In this document: one piece after another, positions 52,944-63,046 of the stretch | How the letters are laid out: every line of letters begins with the position of its first letter | Numbering within the stretch: the first letter of the stretch is position 1 | Assembly: GCA_937902735.1 (NCBI GenBank) | Contig: CALELS010000015.1 | Coordinates: 15,070 to 79,069 of the forward strand | Origin: an uncultured Bacillales bacterium | GTDB lineage: Bacteria; Bacillota_I; Bacilli_A; RFN20; CAG-826 | Direction of reading: 5' to 3' | DNA: 64,000 nucleotides | Program-made: the position numbers and the translations under genes | Notes under the pieces: model-generated | What the model saw: only the letters and a program-made list of their open reading frames with translations | The model's database searches: none | Told to the model about the DNA's origin: nothing

Positions 52944-54845
52944 ATGAAAGAAAAACAAAAAAGCAACTTCATTAACTTAGTCAATAAAATCTCATATAAA
53001 TTGGGATTGAAAAATTTTCACTTTGTATACGCTATTGTTGATTTTGTTTTATGCTTTGGAATCATTGCTATTTCGTTCTTAGCAACATACGGATTACAAA
53101 ATTTTGCTAAGAACTGGATTTCAACGCTTATCTACGCTTCATCTATTTCTTTAGCAACAGTATTATTCTTTGCAATCTTCAAAATATATAAAATCATTAC
53201 AACTGATATTGGTCTATTTGAAACATTCAGAATGTTAGCAATCGTTCTTTCGGTTCATTTAATAGGATTAATCTTTATCTTAACTTTACCTTATTTCCCA
53301 TCATTTAGATTTATCTATATCTGGGCTTTAGCGACTCTATCACTTTTATTCATACATCCTGCTATTAGAGTATTTGTGCGTCTTATCTTCATTGCTGCTC
53401 AAATCCGCCAAAAGAAAGAATTGGTTAGAACTATTGTTATTGGAGCAGGTTCTACAGGTAAAATCGTTGTTGATGAAACTAGAAGAAATAAAGATAACCA
53501 CAACAAGATAGTTGCAATAGTGGACGATAGTCCTGCTAAGATAGGTGGTTTATTTGCAAATATCCCAGTTAAAGGTCCAATTTCAAATATTAATAAAATC
53601 ATTGAAGACTATAATGCGGATGAAGTTATCATCGCTATGAGTTTAATTGATGATAAAAGATATAAAGAAATTTTGTCTTTATTAAGTGAAACAAGTGTTC
53701 GTGTTAGAAGGATGCCTTTAATTGCAGAAATGCAAGGACCTAATGATAAGAGAATCATCGATGTTGATTTGGATGAACTTTTATCTAGAGATCCTGTTTC
53801 ATTAGATAATTCTGAAATTCAAGGTATGCTTAATGGTAAATGTGTAATGGTAACAGGTGCTGGAGGTTCAATTGGTTCAGAACTTGTTAGACAAATATTT
53901 AACACCCATCCAAAAACATTAATTCTTTTCGATATCTATGAAAACTCAACATACGATATTCAAATGGAATTAACTAGAAGAATCAGAGAAGAAAAGATAA
54001 CTGATATAGATTTAATTACTCTTATTGGATCTACATACAATGAAACAAGAGTAGAACAAATCATTAAAAGATATAGACCAGACTATATTTATCATGCTGC
54101 AGCTTATAAACATGTGCCATTAATGGAAGATTCTCCTGCAGAAGCAATAAGAACTAATGTTATAGGTACATATAATGTTGCTAAGATGGCAGATAAATAT
54201 GGTGTTAAGAAAATGGTTTTAGTATCCACTGATAAGGCAGTTAGACCTACTAATGTCATGGGTGCAACCAAACGTTTTGCAGAAACAATCATTCAATATT
54301 TTGATAGTAAATCCAAAAACACAAACTATGCTGCTGTTAGATTTGGCAATGTCTTAGGATCTAATGGATCTGTGGTGCCTTTATTTAAAAAACAAATTGA
54401 AGCTGGTGGTCCAGTTACAATTACTGATAAAGAAATAATTAGATATTTCATGACTATCCCTGAAGCAGTTTCTTTAATCCTTCAATGTGGTTTGTTTGCA
54501 GAAGGTGGAGAGATATTCATCCTTGATATGGGTAAACCAGTAAAAATCTTAAATCTAGCAGAACGTCTTATTAGACAAGCTGGTTTAGTACCATATGAAG
54601 ATATTGATATCGTTGAAACTGGTTTAAGACCTGGTGAAAAACTATTTGAAGAATTACTTCTTGATAAGGAACATCAAACCAAGACTTCAAATAATCGTAT
54701 ATATATCGAACAAAAAGAAAGTGTTAATAACAATCTTGAACACGATGTAGTGGAATCATCTAAAGCTTTTGATATGGAAGAAACAAAAGATGTTAAGATT
54801 CTCATCACTAAATTAATCAAGACATATGTAATGGAAAATAAATAA
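52944..54845 (+). CDS. Membrane-anchored polysaccharide biosynthesis protein CapD/WbpM/PglF type (UDP-GlcNAc 4,6-dehydratase)
   Basis: N-terminal 4 TM segments, Rossmann fold VMVTGAGGSIGSEL, and extended SDR; 633 aa. Confidence 0.85.
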   Translation: MKEKQKSNFINLVNKISYKLGLKNFHFVYAIVDFVLCFGIIAISFLATYGLQNFAKNWISTLIYASSISLATVLFFAIFKIYKIITTDIGLFETFRMLAIVLSVHLIGLIFILTLPYFPSFRFIYIWALATLSLLFIHPAIRVFVRLIFIAAQIRQKKELVRTIVIGAGSTGKIVVDETRRNKDNHNKIVAIVDDSPAKIGGLFANIPVKGPISNINKIIEDYNADEVIIAMSLIDDKRYKEILSLLSETSVRVRRMPLIAEMQGPNDKRIIDVDLDELLSRDPVSLDNSEIQGMLNGKCVMVTGAGGSIGSELVRQIFNTHPKTLILFDIYENSTYDIQMELTRRIREEKITDIDLITLIGSTYNETRVEQIIKRYRPDYIYHAAAYKHVPLMEDSPAEAIRTNVIGTYNVAKMADKYGVKKMVLVSTDKAVRPTNVMGATKRFAETIIQYFDSKSKNTNYAAVRFGNVLGSNGSVVPLFKKQIEAGGPVTITDKEIIRYFMTIPEAVSLILQCGLFAEGGEIFILDMGKPVKILNLAERLIRQAGLVPYEDIDIVETGLRPGEKLFEELLLDKEHQTKTSNNRIYIEQKESVNNNLEHDVVESSKAFDMEETKDVKILITKLIKTYVMENK

Positions 54846-54846
54846 T

Positions 54847-55479
54847 ATGGCAAAAAGAACTTTCTTGAGAGCAAGACAAAAAATATATCTTCCATTCAAA
54901 AGATTTTTTGATATTGTTTTGTCTTTACTTACCATAATTGTCTTTTCACCTTTATATATCATCTTAGCAATCTTAGTTAAATGTAGTTCAAAAGGTCCAA
55001 TCTTCTTCAAGCAAGAGCGTATTGGAAAGTATAAAAAGCATTTTAAGATTCTCAAGTTTAGAACAATGAGAATTGATACACCTAAAGATATTCCAACCCA
55101 TCTATTAGATAATCCAGAAATGTATATTACAAAAGTTGGCAAATTCTTAAGAAAGACGTCATTAGATGAAATTCCTCAAGTATTCAATATTCTTGCAGGA
55201 CAAATGTCTATTGTTGGACCTAGGCCAGCTTTGTATAACCAAGATGATTTAGTGGAAGAAAGAGATAAATACCACGCTAACGATATTGTTCCTGGCTTAT
55301 CTGGTTGGGCACAATGTAACGGCAGGGATACCCTTCCAATAGTAGAAAAAGCCAAATTAGATGGAGAATATGTTAAAAGATTTAATATTTGGTTTGATAT
55401 AGGAATTATCTTCAAAACTGCTTTTCAAGCTTTTAGGGGAAAAGATGAAGTAGAAGGCAAAAAAGAAACAAACAAGTGA
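54847..55479 (+). CDS. Initiating sugar-phosphate (undecaprenyl-phosphate) transferase, small PglC/WbaP-C-terminal type
   Basis: Bacterial sugar transferase motifs KILKFRTM and MSIVGPRP; single N-terminal TM; 210 aa. Confidence 0.85.
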   Translation: MAKRTFLRARQKIYLPFKRFFDIVLSLLTIIVFSPLYIILAILVKCSSKGPIFFKQERIGKYKKHFKILKFRTMRIDTPKDIPTHLLDNPEMYITKVGKFLRKTSLDEIPQVFNILAGQMSIVGPRPALYNQDDLVEERDKYHANDIVPGLSGWAQCNGRDTLPIVEKAKLDGEYVKRFNIWFDIGIIFKTAFQAFRGKDEVEGKKETNK

Positions 55480-55511
55480 TTAATTTATAAAATTAAGATA
55501 AAATATCGACT

Positions 55512-56384
55512 ATGCAAAAATTTAAGACAGTAATAACTTCTAAACACCGATTATTTAATCTCCATCTTAAGGAGACGCTTAAATATCGTGATTTAATCTT
55601 TTTGTTTGTAAAAAGAGATTTTACTGCTTTATATAAACAAACAATTTTGGGTCCACTATGGGCTGTTATTCAACCAGCGTTAACTACTTTTGTATTTACA
55701 TTTGTTTTTGGTGAAATTGCTGATTTAGCTACAGGTGATAGATCCGAGGCATTTGACGGACCTAAGTTCTTGTTCTTCATGACAGGAACATTGTTATTTA
55801 CATATTTCTCCACTAATGTGGCCAAGGTATCAAAAGTATTTATTGAAAATAGGGCTACTATGGGTAAAGTCTATTATCCAAGACTTGTTCAACCTATCGC
55901 TATTTCAATTTCAAATTTAATTCCATTTGTTATTAACTTTGCAATATTTGTCATTATCTGGTTAGTCTGTTTATTTACCAAAACCGCATCTATATCTGTA
56001 ACGTGGTGGATGTTCTTAGTACCTGCTTGTGTTCTTGAATTAATGATTCTATCAGTTGGTCTAGGAATGGTGATATCTGCTGTTACAACCAAATATAGAG
56101 ACCTTCAAATGTTGGTAGGTTTTGGTCTTCAATTATGGCAATATGCTTCACCAGTTGCATATGGTTTATATATGATTCAAAAAGGCCATCCTGAATTATT
56201 AATGTTATATAACTGTATTAACCCTCTTACTCCAATAGTAACTTCATTTAGGTTAGCGGTATTTGGTACGGGTTATTTTGAACCTATATCATTTGGAGTT
56301 AGCTGGGCTATTTCAATATTTGTATTCTTTATTGGTTTATTACTGTTTAGTAAGACCGAAAAGAACTTCATGGATACAATCTAA
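55512..56384 (+). CDS. ABC-2 type polysaccharide/teichoic-acid export permease (Wzm/TagG-like)
   Basis: 6-TM ABC-2 permease placed immediately upstream of a Wzt/TagH-like ATPase. Confidence 0.8.
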   Translation: MQKFKTVITSKHRLFNLHLKETLKYRDLIFLFVKRDFTALYKQTILGPLWAVIQPALTTFVFTFVFGEIADLATGDRSEAFDGPKFLFFMTGTLLFTYFSTNVAKVSKVFIENRATMGKVYYPRLVQPIAISISNLIPFVINFAIFVIIWLVCLFTKTASISVTWWMFLVPACVLELMILSVGLGMVISAVTTKYRDLQMLVGFGLQLWQYASPVAYGLYMIQKGHPELLMLYNCINPLTPIVTSFRLAVFGTGYFEPISFGVSWAISIFVFFIGLLLFSKTEKNFMDTI

Positions 56385-56396
56385 TGGGAGGCATCT

Positions 56397-57674
56397 ATGG
56401 TTAACGATGAAATCATGTTAAAAGTAGAAAATGTCTCCAAGATATATAAACTCGGAGAAATTGGAGGAACTACTCTTAGAGATGAACTCCAAAGATTTTG
56501 GGCTAAACTTAGAAGAAAAGATGATCCTACTAAAAAAATAGGTGCTAAGAATTACAACAAAGGTGAAAAGTTTAAAGCACTAGATGATATTTCGTTTGAA
56601 GTTAAAAAAGGCGAACGTATAGGTATTATCGGCCACAATGGTGCTGGTAAATCTACATTATTAAAACTTATTTCCAGAGTAACAGGACCTTCAAAAGGTA
56701 ATATCTATCTTAATGGTCGTGTTGCTTCCATGCTTGAAGTAGGCACTGGCTTCCACCCAGAACTTACTGGTAGAGAAAATGTTTACATGAATGGTGCAAT
56801 CTTAGGTATGACCAAAAAAGAGATTGATGCCAAGATGGAAGACATTATCGAATTCTCTGAAGTTAGACAATTCATTGATACACCAGTAAAACGTTATTCT
56901 TCTGGTATGTATGTTAAATTAGCTTTCTCTGTCGCAGCACATCTTGATTCCGAAATTATGATTATGGATGAAGTCCTTGCTGTCGGTGATGTAGCATTCC
57001 AGAATAAATGCCTTTTAAAAATGAAAGATGTTTCTATTCAAGATAACAGAACAATTCTTTATGTTTCACACAACATGAATACCATTAGACAACTTTGTGA
57101 TAGAGTAATCGTTTTAAGTCATGGACAAATTATCTTTGATGGCGATGTTGAGGAAGGCATTAGAAAATACATTGGTGTTTATAGCGATGATCAGTTACCT
57201 GTCGAATATGATATGTCGACAAAAAAGAGAATATTTGAATTCGGAAAATACGCAAAACTCCTTTCTTTGAAGATTTTAAATAAACAGACTGCAACATTTG
57301 AAAACGATGAGAAAATGAAGGTAGAAATCAAGGCCTTATCGCACAAGAAAATGGATAATGGCTGCTTTGTATTTTCAATACTTGACTCAAATGGCTTTAG
57401 AATTGGTGCCACTTCTACCAGTACATTTCATGTCAATGAAGAGGAAGAAATTGTGAAAACATTTGAATTTGATTTATCGCGAATTGCTTATGGAAGATAT
57501 TTTATCTATGTGGCTTTTGCTGATATAAGTACCGATAAAACAATAATTGAATATGATGATCCTGCCGTTAAAGTCTTTTTCGAGATTCTTGATGATAAAA
57601 AGACTGGATTTAAATGGGATAAGAAATATTATGGAAATATCTATTTTCCTCAGGCAAACGAAATTGAGGAATAG
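56397..57674 (+). CDS. ABC transporter ATP-binding protein Wzt/TagH-like with a C-terminal substrate-binding extension
   Basis: Walker A GHNGAGKST, signature YSSGMYVKL, Walker B IMIMDEVLAVGD, plus an approximately 170-aa C-terminal beta-rich domain. Confidence 0.85.
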   Translation: MVNDEIMLKVENVSKIYKLGEIGGTTLRDELQRFWAKLRRKDDPTKKIGAKNYNKGEKFKALDDISFEVKKGERIGIIGHNGAGKSTLLKLISRVTGPSKGNIYLNGRVASMLEVGTGFHPELTGRENVYMNGAILGMTKKEIDAKMEDIIEFSEVRQFIDTPVKRYSSGMYVKLAFSVAAHLDSEIMIMDEVLAVGDVAFQNKCLLKMKDVSIQDNRTILYVSHNMNTIRQLCDRVIVLSHGQIIFDGDVEEGIRKYIGVYSDDQLPVEYDMSTKKRIFEFGKYAKLLSLKILNKQTATFENDEKMKVEIKALSHKKMDNGCFVFSILDSNGFRIGATSTSTFHVNEEEEIVKTFEFDLSRIAYGRYFIYVAFADISTDKTIIEYDDPAVKVFFEILDDKKTGFKWDKKYYGNIYFPQANEIEE

Positions 57675-57677
57675 AAA

Positions 57678-58544
57678 ATGGCAAATGTTTTCAATACCAT
57701 TAAATCATTAATTCATACTTCTAAATACTATAGAAATAAGCAAACAATTAATGGCAAAAAGATTATTAAGAAGGGAGTGAATATTGAGTATTCTAATTTT
57801 CCTCCTGATGCACCTTTTAATATTGGTGACACTTTAACACCAGTCGTCTTTGACTATTTATGTCATCGCTATCACTTAGACAATAAAAGACAAAAGAAGA
57901 CAATTCATTTGAACATGATTGGTTCTATTATAGGTTTTAAAAACTATGATGCTACTATTTGGGGAAGTGGAATACTTAACGAAGGTTTTGAGAAAAAGTT
58001 AAAAGCTAATTCTAAATATGTGGATTATGATGTTCGTGCTGTAAGAGGACCACTCACAAGAGAAATATTAAAAAAATGTGGCTATCAATGCCCTGAGATT
58101 TATGGCGATCCTGCTATTTTGATGCCACTAATCTATTTCCCAAAAGCAATTTCGAAAAAATATGATGTTTCGATAATAAGACACTACAAAGACAATAGTG
58201 AAGTTCCATATGGCTTTCATGAAATAAGTGTTGTGACAGATGATTATAAATATTTTATTGATGAAATATGTGCATCTAAATTAATCATTTCTTCTTCTCT
58301 TCATGGTCTAATAATTGCTGAATCATATGGAATTCCAACAATTTGGTATAGTCCTAAAGGACGTGATGAATTCAAATATATGGATTGGTATTTATCAATA
58401 GGAATAAATAATCCGGCCAAAATCGAATCATTACAAAATATTAATATTAAGGCTAATAAAGGTCTAAAAGAAAAAATACAAATGCTAGTTAATCCATTAT
58501 TAGATTCATTCCCTTTTGAATTCTGGAGAGTAAAAAATGGCTAA
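57678..58544 (+). CDS. Polysaccharide pyruvyl transferase family (CsaB/WcaK-like)
   Basis: GSIIGFKNYDATIWGSGI...RGPLTRE...YGDPAIL...ISSSLHGLIIAESYGIPTIW pattern typical of PS_pyruv_trans. Confidence 0.6.
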   Translation: MANVFNTIKSLIHTSKYYRNKQTINGKKIIKKGVNIEYSNFPPDAPFNIGDTLTPVVFDYLCHRYHLDNKRQKKTIHLNMIGSIIGFKNYDATIWGSGILNEGFEKKLKANSKYVDYDVRAVRGPLTREILKKCGYQCPEIYGDPAILMPLIYFPKAISKKYDVSIIRHYKDNSEVPYGFHEISVVTDDYKYFIDEICASKLIISSSLHGLIIAESYGIPTIWYSPKGRDEFKYMDWYLSIGINNPAKIESLQNINIKANKGLKEKIQMLVNPLLDSFPFEFWRVKNG

Positions 58545-59706
58545 TCAAGTTGTTTTTGGAAAACCATATTTATTAATCGATGAGAAATATGTTTTTTTAA
58601 ATTGTGATGTCATGCTAAATGGAAATACAGAAACTTTTTGGTTCAAATACGATATTCAATACAAAGATTATCTAGTGACTGAATCTATTGAATCATTCGT
58701 TTTGGCATTTCTTCCATTTCTTTTAAAGAAGAATATTGATATCAAAAGTGATTTCCCTATTAATGAACAATTTAAATATTCTATTGAACAATATTTGATA
58801 CCTACTTTAGCGCGTAACATCAAAAGTTATAACACCATCAAAATTGATACTCCAGTGAACAATTTAAGATATAACGGCAGTGGTGTGGCAGTTGGTATTT
58901 CCTGTGGGGTAGATTCTTCTTACACAATATTAAAAAACTATAATACTCACAGTGAAGAAAGTGGAATGAATATCAACTATGTTACATTCTTTAATGCCGG
59001 TTCTTCTGGATCAAGCGATAAAGCACATGATTTATACAAAAAGAGACTCGCTGAGGCTCAAAAGGCTGCAAACTATTTAAGATTAAAATTAATAACAGTT
59101 GATACAAATATTAATTCAATTTATCTCGATTTTGATTATGAATCAGTTCATTCTTATAGAACCCTTGCTATACCTTTAACATTGCAAAAACTCTTTAAGC
59201 GCTATTATTATTCGAGTTCGTTTACTTTTGAAAATTTTAAATTTGATGATAGCGATCCCACATATCATGATTTACTTACCATGTCGTGTATTAATACGCC
59301 TTCTTTGTTATTTACTGTTGTTGGATGTGAGGCCACTAGAATTGAAAAACTTCAGTACATTTCGCAATTTGAATTTCCTAAAAAATTCTTAAATGTATGC
59401 GTTAGAAAAGAAACCAATTGTTCTAAGTGTTTCAAATGTATTAGAACAATGTTGGAATTGTATTTGATTGGAAAATTAGAAGATTATTCCGAGGTATTTG
59501 ATATCAAATATTTTTATGATCATTTTGATGAATACATTATTTACGCCATTGAGCACAAGAATGATGTAGATATGCCGGAAATATATGACATTCTCAAACA
59601 AAGAAAGATCATTAAAAGAAAACATTTAAGGAAAGTTAGATCAAATTCCTTCAAAAGAAAAATCCTCAATTCATTTGTTAAGAAAGTTTTTAAAAACAAA
59701 CATTGA
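58537..59706 (+). CDS. Hypothetical protein with a degenerate PP-loop-like motif (VAVGISCGVDSS) and a C-terminal CxxCxxC; possibly an N-acetyl-sugar amidotransferase-like ATP pyrophosphatase
   Basis: SGGxDS-like SCGVDS preceded by a hydrophobic beta-strand; NCSKCFKC near the C-terminus; sits inside a glycan locus. Confidence 0.35.
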   Translation: MANQVVFGKPYLLIDEKYVFLNCDVMLNGNTETFWFKYDIQYKDYLVTESIESFVLAFLPFLLKKNIDIKSDFPINEQFKYSIEQYLIPTLARNIKSYNTIKIDTPVNNLRYNGSGVAVGISCGVDSSYTILKNYNTHSEESGMNINYVTFFNAGSSGSSDKAHDLYKKRLAEAQKAANYLRLKLITVDTNINSIYLDFDYESVHSYRTLAIPLTLQKLFKRYYYSSSFTFENFKFDDSDPTYHDLLTMSCINTPSLLFTVVGCEATRIEKLQYISQFEFPKKFLNVCVRKETNCSKCFKCIRTMLELYLIGKLEDYSEVFDIKYFYDHFDEYIIYAIEHKNDVDMPEIYDILKQRKIIKRKHLRKVRSNSFKRKILNSFVKKVFKNKH

Positions 59707-59730
59707 TTGAATAATATTGGTATAACAAAG

Positions 59731-60966
59731 ATGAAAAAAATCTTAATCATTCCTCCTCAGTTTTATCCAATACCAGCTGTAAAAGGTGGTGCAGTTGAAG
59801 TTTTAATAACTCAATTAATTCAAGAAAACGAAATACATAATAAAGCAAAACTTTACGTTATTTCTAAAGCCGATGAAGATGCTCAAAGAATTAAATTTAA
59901 CAATACAAAGATATTTTATTTAAATAGCAATGAAAAACCATCTTTCTTATTTAGAATTAAATGTTTCTTTCGCAAGATATTTTTTAACCGTTTAACGAAA
60001 AAGATATTTAAAAAATCTACATATGGTTTTATGGAATTAACCTATTTTGCATATCGATGTAAGAGAATTGCAAAAAAGATTAAACCTGATATTGTCGTAT
60101 CTGAAAGTTATGATCGTGTTCATAGATTATGGCCACTAGTTAAGTTGGTTGGTAAGGATAATTTCTATTATCATCTACACTACACGAAAGAAGAAGTGTT
60201 GAGTGTCAGACAATTAATTCCAAACACTATTGCTATCAGTCAATTTGTTCTTGATCATTGGGTTAAAAATAAAATATTGCCCGGAAGAAATGTTGTTCTA
60301 TTTAATGGAATAGATATTGATCTTTTTGACAATAAACTTACAACTGACGAGGTTGACGAAATTAGAACCTCTTATGGTTTAAATAAGGATGACTTTGTTG
60401 TTTTGTTTAGTGGTAGATTAAGACCTCACAAAGGAGTTTTAGAATTACTTAAGAGTTTTGATTCAATAAAAGTAAAAAATATCAAACTTTTATTAGCTGG
60501 TCATTTTCTTTCTGAGTCAAAAGAACATAATATCGATGAAAGCGATTTTGAAAACAGTTGTAGAGCAATTATCGATAATAATTCAAATATCATAAGACTT
60601 GGTAACGTTGATTATAGTGAAATTAATAAACTATATTTCATTAGTAATATTCAAGTTATCCCATCAATGTGGGAAGAGGGTGCTGGTCTTGTAGCAATAG
60701 AAGGTATGGCAAGTGGATTGCCATTAATCATCACTAATTCTGGTGGTATGCCAGAATATACTGGAAAAGAATGTACCATTATCATTGAAAGAGACAATTC
60801 TTTAATTAAAAATCTTGCAAAATCAATTATGGATTTGTACAAAAATCCTTCACTTTGTGAAAAGATGTCTACCGCAGGAATAGATAGAGCAAAACAATTT
60901 TCAAAAGAGAATTATTATAAAAATTACATGGACATTTTATTGAAAGAGGATGGTATTAATGAATAA
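59731..60966 (+). CDS. GT4 glycosyltransferase
   Basis: E(x7)E motif EGAGLVAIEGMASGLPLI and GT-B C-terminal domain. The start is probably MKKILIIPPQ at 59731. Confidence 0.8.
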   Translation: MKKILIIPPQFYPIPAVKGGAVEVLITQLIQENEIHNKAKLYVISKADEDAQRIKFNNTKIFYLNSNEKPSFLFRIKCFFRKIFFNRLTKKIFKKSTYGFMELTYFAYRCKRIAKKIKPDIVVSESYDRVHRLWPLVKLVGKDNFYYHLHYTKEEVLSVRQLIPNTIAISQFVLDHWVKNKILPGRNVVLFNGIDIDLFDNKLTTDEVDEIRTSYGLNKDDFVVLFSGRLRPHKGVLELLKSFDSIKVKNIKLLLAGHFLSESKEHNIDESDFENSCRAIIDNNSNIIRLGNVDYSEINKLYFISNIQVIPSMWEEGAGLVAIEGMASGLPLIITNSGGMPEYTGKECTIIIERDNSLIKNLAKSIMDLYKNPSLCEKMSTAGIDRAKQFSKENYYKNYMDILLKEDGINE

Positions 60967-61957
60967 TGGTATTAAATTCTCTATTATATGTCCGGCATAT
61001 AATTGCGAAGCATCTTTACAGATGTCAATCAATTCTATTATTAAGCAATCTTTTTCAAATTGGGAATTAATTATTGTAGATGATGGCTCCTCTGATAAAA
61101 CATCATCAATATGTGATAAAAATTCATCTAATGATAAAAGAATTAAGGTCATACATCAGGAAAATTTAGGACAATCAAAAGCAAGATTAAATGGAATCAA
61201 TGTTGCTACTGGTGATTACATATTATTTTTAGATAGTGATGATGAATACTATCCAGAAGCCCTCGAAACTATTAATAAACAGTTATGTAAAGAGCCTATT
61301 AAATTAATTGTTTATAATGCCTCTGTTTATAAGAATATCGAGAGCACTGAACCAATCTATAACTTTGATGCAGTAAAGAACTATAGTCTAGTTGAGGAAT
61401 TCTTTTTAAAAAGACGTATCTCATATTTTTGGTCAATTTGTTTTAAAAAAGAATTATTTGATTTACCAAAAGAAGTATTAGAACGCTATTGCTCTTTATC
61501 ATATAGTGAGGATTTATATCTCATTTATAACATTGTAAAATCGCTCAAACATGGAGAATATGATTTCGTTGATAAAGAGTTGTATCAATATAATTTCAAC
61601 GAAAACTCCTTAACAAAAAATCAAAATGCTAAAAAGGCGGTGGATAGATTCTATGCCTTCAATAGTGTATATGAATCTATATATCTCGAGAATGCAAAAG
61701 AGTTTTCAAATATTTCTAAAGATGTCAAAGATACTGCAGGATGGACATATCTATCCGCAGCAAGAAAAATGGCTTTAGAGTACAATTATGAAAAATATCT
61801 CGTTTTAATAAAACATATAAGAAATTCGTTTATTTTTAAAAACATGAACGATTTTAAGAAAGATAAATATAATTTTGTTGGATACATTTTATTAAAATTA
61901 AAAATGTATAAACAATTTCGAAAATATATAATTAAGAAAGAAGGCAATAACAAATGA
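60959..61957 (+). CDS. GT2 glycosyltransferase
   Basis: FSIICPAYNCEASL, IIVDDGSSD, DxD FLDSDDEY. Confidence 0.8.
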   Translation: MNNGIKFSIICPAYNCEASLQMSINSIIKQSFSNWELIIVDDGSSDKTSSICDKNSSNDKRIKVIHQENLGQSKARLNGINVATGDYILFLDSDDEYYPEALETINKQLCKEPIKLIVYNASVYKNIESTEPIYNFDAVKNYSLVEEFFLKRRISYFWSICFKKELFDLPKEVLERYCSLSYSEDLYLIYNIVKSLKHGEYDFVDKELYQYNFNENSLTKNQNAKKAVDRFYAFNSVYESIYLENAKEFSNISKDVKDTAGWTYLSAARKMALEYNYEKYLVLIKHIRNSFIFKNMNDFKKDKYNFVGYILLKLKMYKQFRKYIIKKEGNNK

Positions 61958-63045
61958 AAATTAATGTAACAAGATCATCCATGCCATCTTTTGATGAATA
62001 TTGTAATGAAATAAAAGATATCTGGGATTCTAGATGGCTTACTAACCATGGTGAAAAGGTGCAAGAACTCGAAGAAAAATTAAAAGATTATCTTGGAGTA
62101 AGGAACATTGTTATGTACACTAATGGACATTTAGCCTTAGAAGCTGCAATTTCTTATTTTAATTTCCCAAAAGGAAGTGAAATTATTACTACGCCATTCA
62201 CTTTTATTAGTACGACAAATTCAATTATTAGATGTGGCATGGTTCCAGTCTTTTGTGATATCAACGATAAAGATTACACGATTGATGTTAATAAAATTGA
62301 AGAATTAATTACTGATAAAACTGTCGCGATTATGCCAGTTCATGTGTATGGAAATATATGTGATGTAGATGCAATTGATAGAATCGCAAGAAAACATAAC
62401 TTGAAGGTTATTTATGATGCTGCTCATGCTTTTGGAGTCAAATACAAAGATAAAGGTATTGGAACTTTTGGTGATTTTTCAATGTTTAGCTTTCATGCTA
62501 CAAAAGTATTCCATACTATTGAAGGCGGATGTTTGTGCTTTAAAGACGACTCTATAAAACCAATCTTAGAACAACAAAAAGATTTTGGTATTATTGATGT
62601 GGAACGTTGTAACTATGCTGGCGGTAACGCTAAGATGAACGAATTTCAAGCTGCTATGGGTCTATGTAATTTAAGACATATTGATGAATACATTAAGAAT
62701 CGAAAAAACGCGATGGAACATTACAGAAGGAGACTACAAGGTGTTAGGGGTATTAAGCTATTAGAACCACAGGAGAATGTGTTATCTAATTATGCATATT
62801 TGCCAGTCATTTTCGATGGTTACAAATATAGTAGGGACGAAGTAAAAGATATTCTTGAGAAAAACGATATCGGTGCTAGAAAATATTTTTACCCAACAAC
62901 AAATGAATTTGAATTCACAAAAGGCAAATATAGAGGATTTACTCCATTTGCTGAATCAATATCAAACAAAGTCTTAACCCTACCTTTTTATTCAGATTTA
63001 TCTATTGATGATATAGATGAAATTTGTGATTTGATTTTGAAATAA
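61954..63045 (+). CDS. DegT/DnrJ/EryC1/StrS-family PLP-dependent sugar aminotransferase
   Basis: Fold-type I aminotransferase with the PLP lysine in FSFHATKVF; 363 aa. It partners the CapD-type dehydratase to give an amino-dideoxy sugar. Confidence 0.85.
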   Translation: MKINVTRSSMPSFDEYCNEIKDIWDSRWLTNHGEKVQELEEKLKDYLGVRNIVMYTNGHLALEAAISYFNFPKGSEIITTPFTFISTTNSIIRCGMVPVFCDINDKDYTIDVNKIEELITDKTVAIMPVHVYGNICDVDAIDRIARKHNLKVIYDAAHAFGVKYKDKGIGTFGDFSMFSFHATKVFHTIEGGCLCFKDDSIKPILEQQKDFGIIDVERCNYAGGNAKMNEFQAAMGLCNLRHIDEYIKNRKNAMEHYRRRLQGVRGIKLLEPQENVLSNYAYLPVIFDGYKYSRDEVKDILEKNDIGARKYFYPTTNEFEFTKGKYRGFTPFAESISNKVLTLPFYSDLSIDDIDEICDLILK

Positions 63046-63046
63046 T

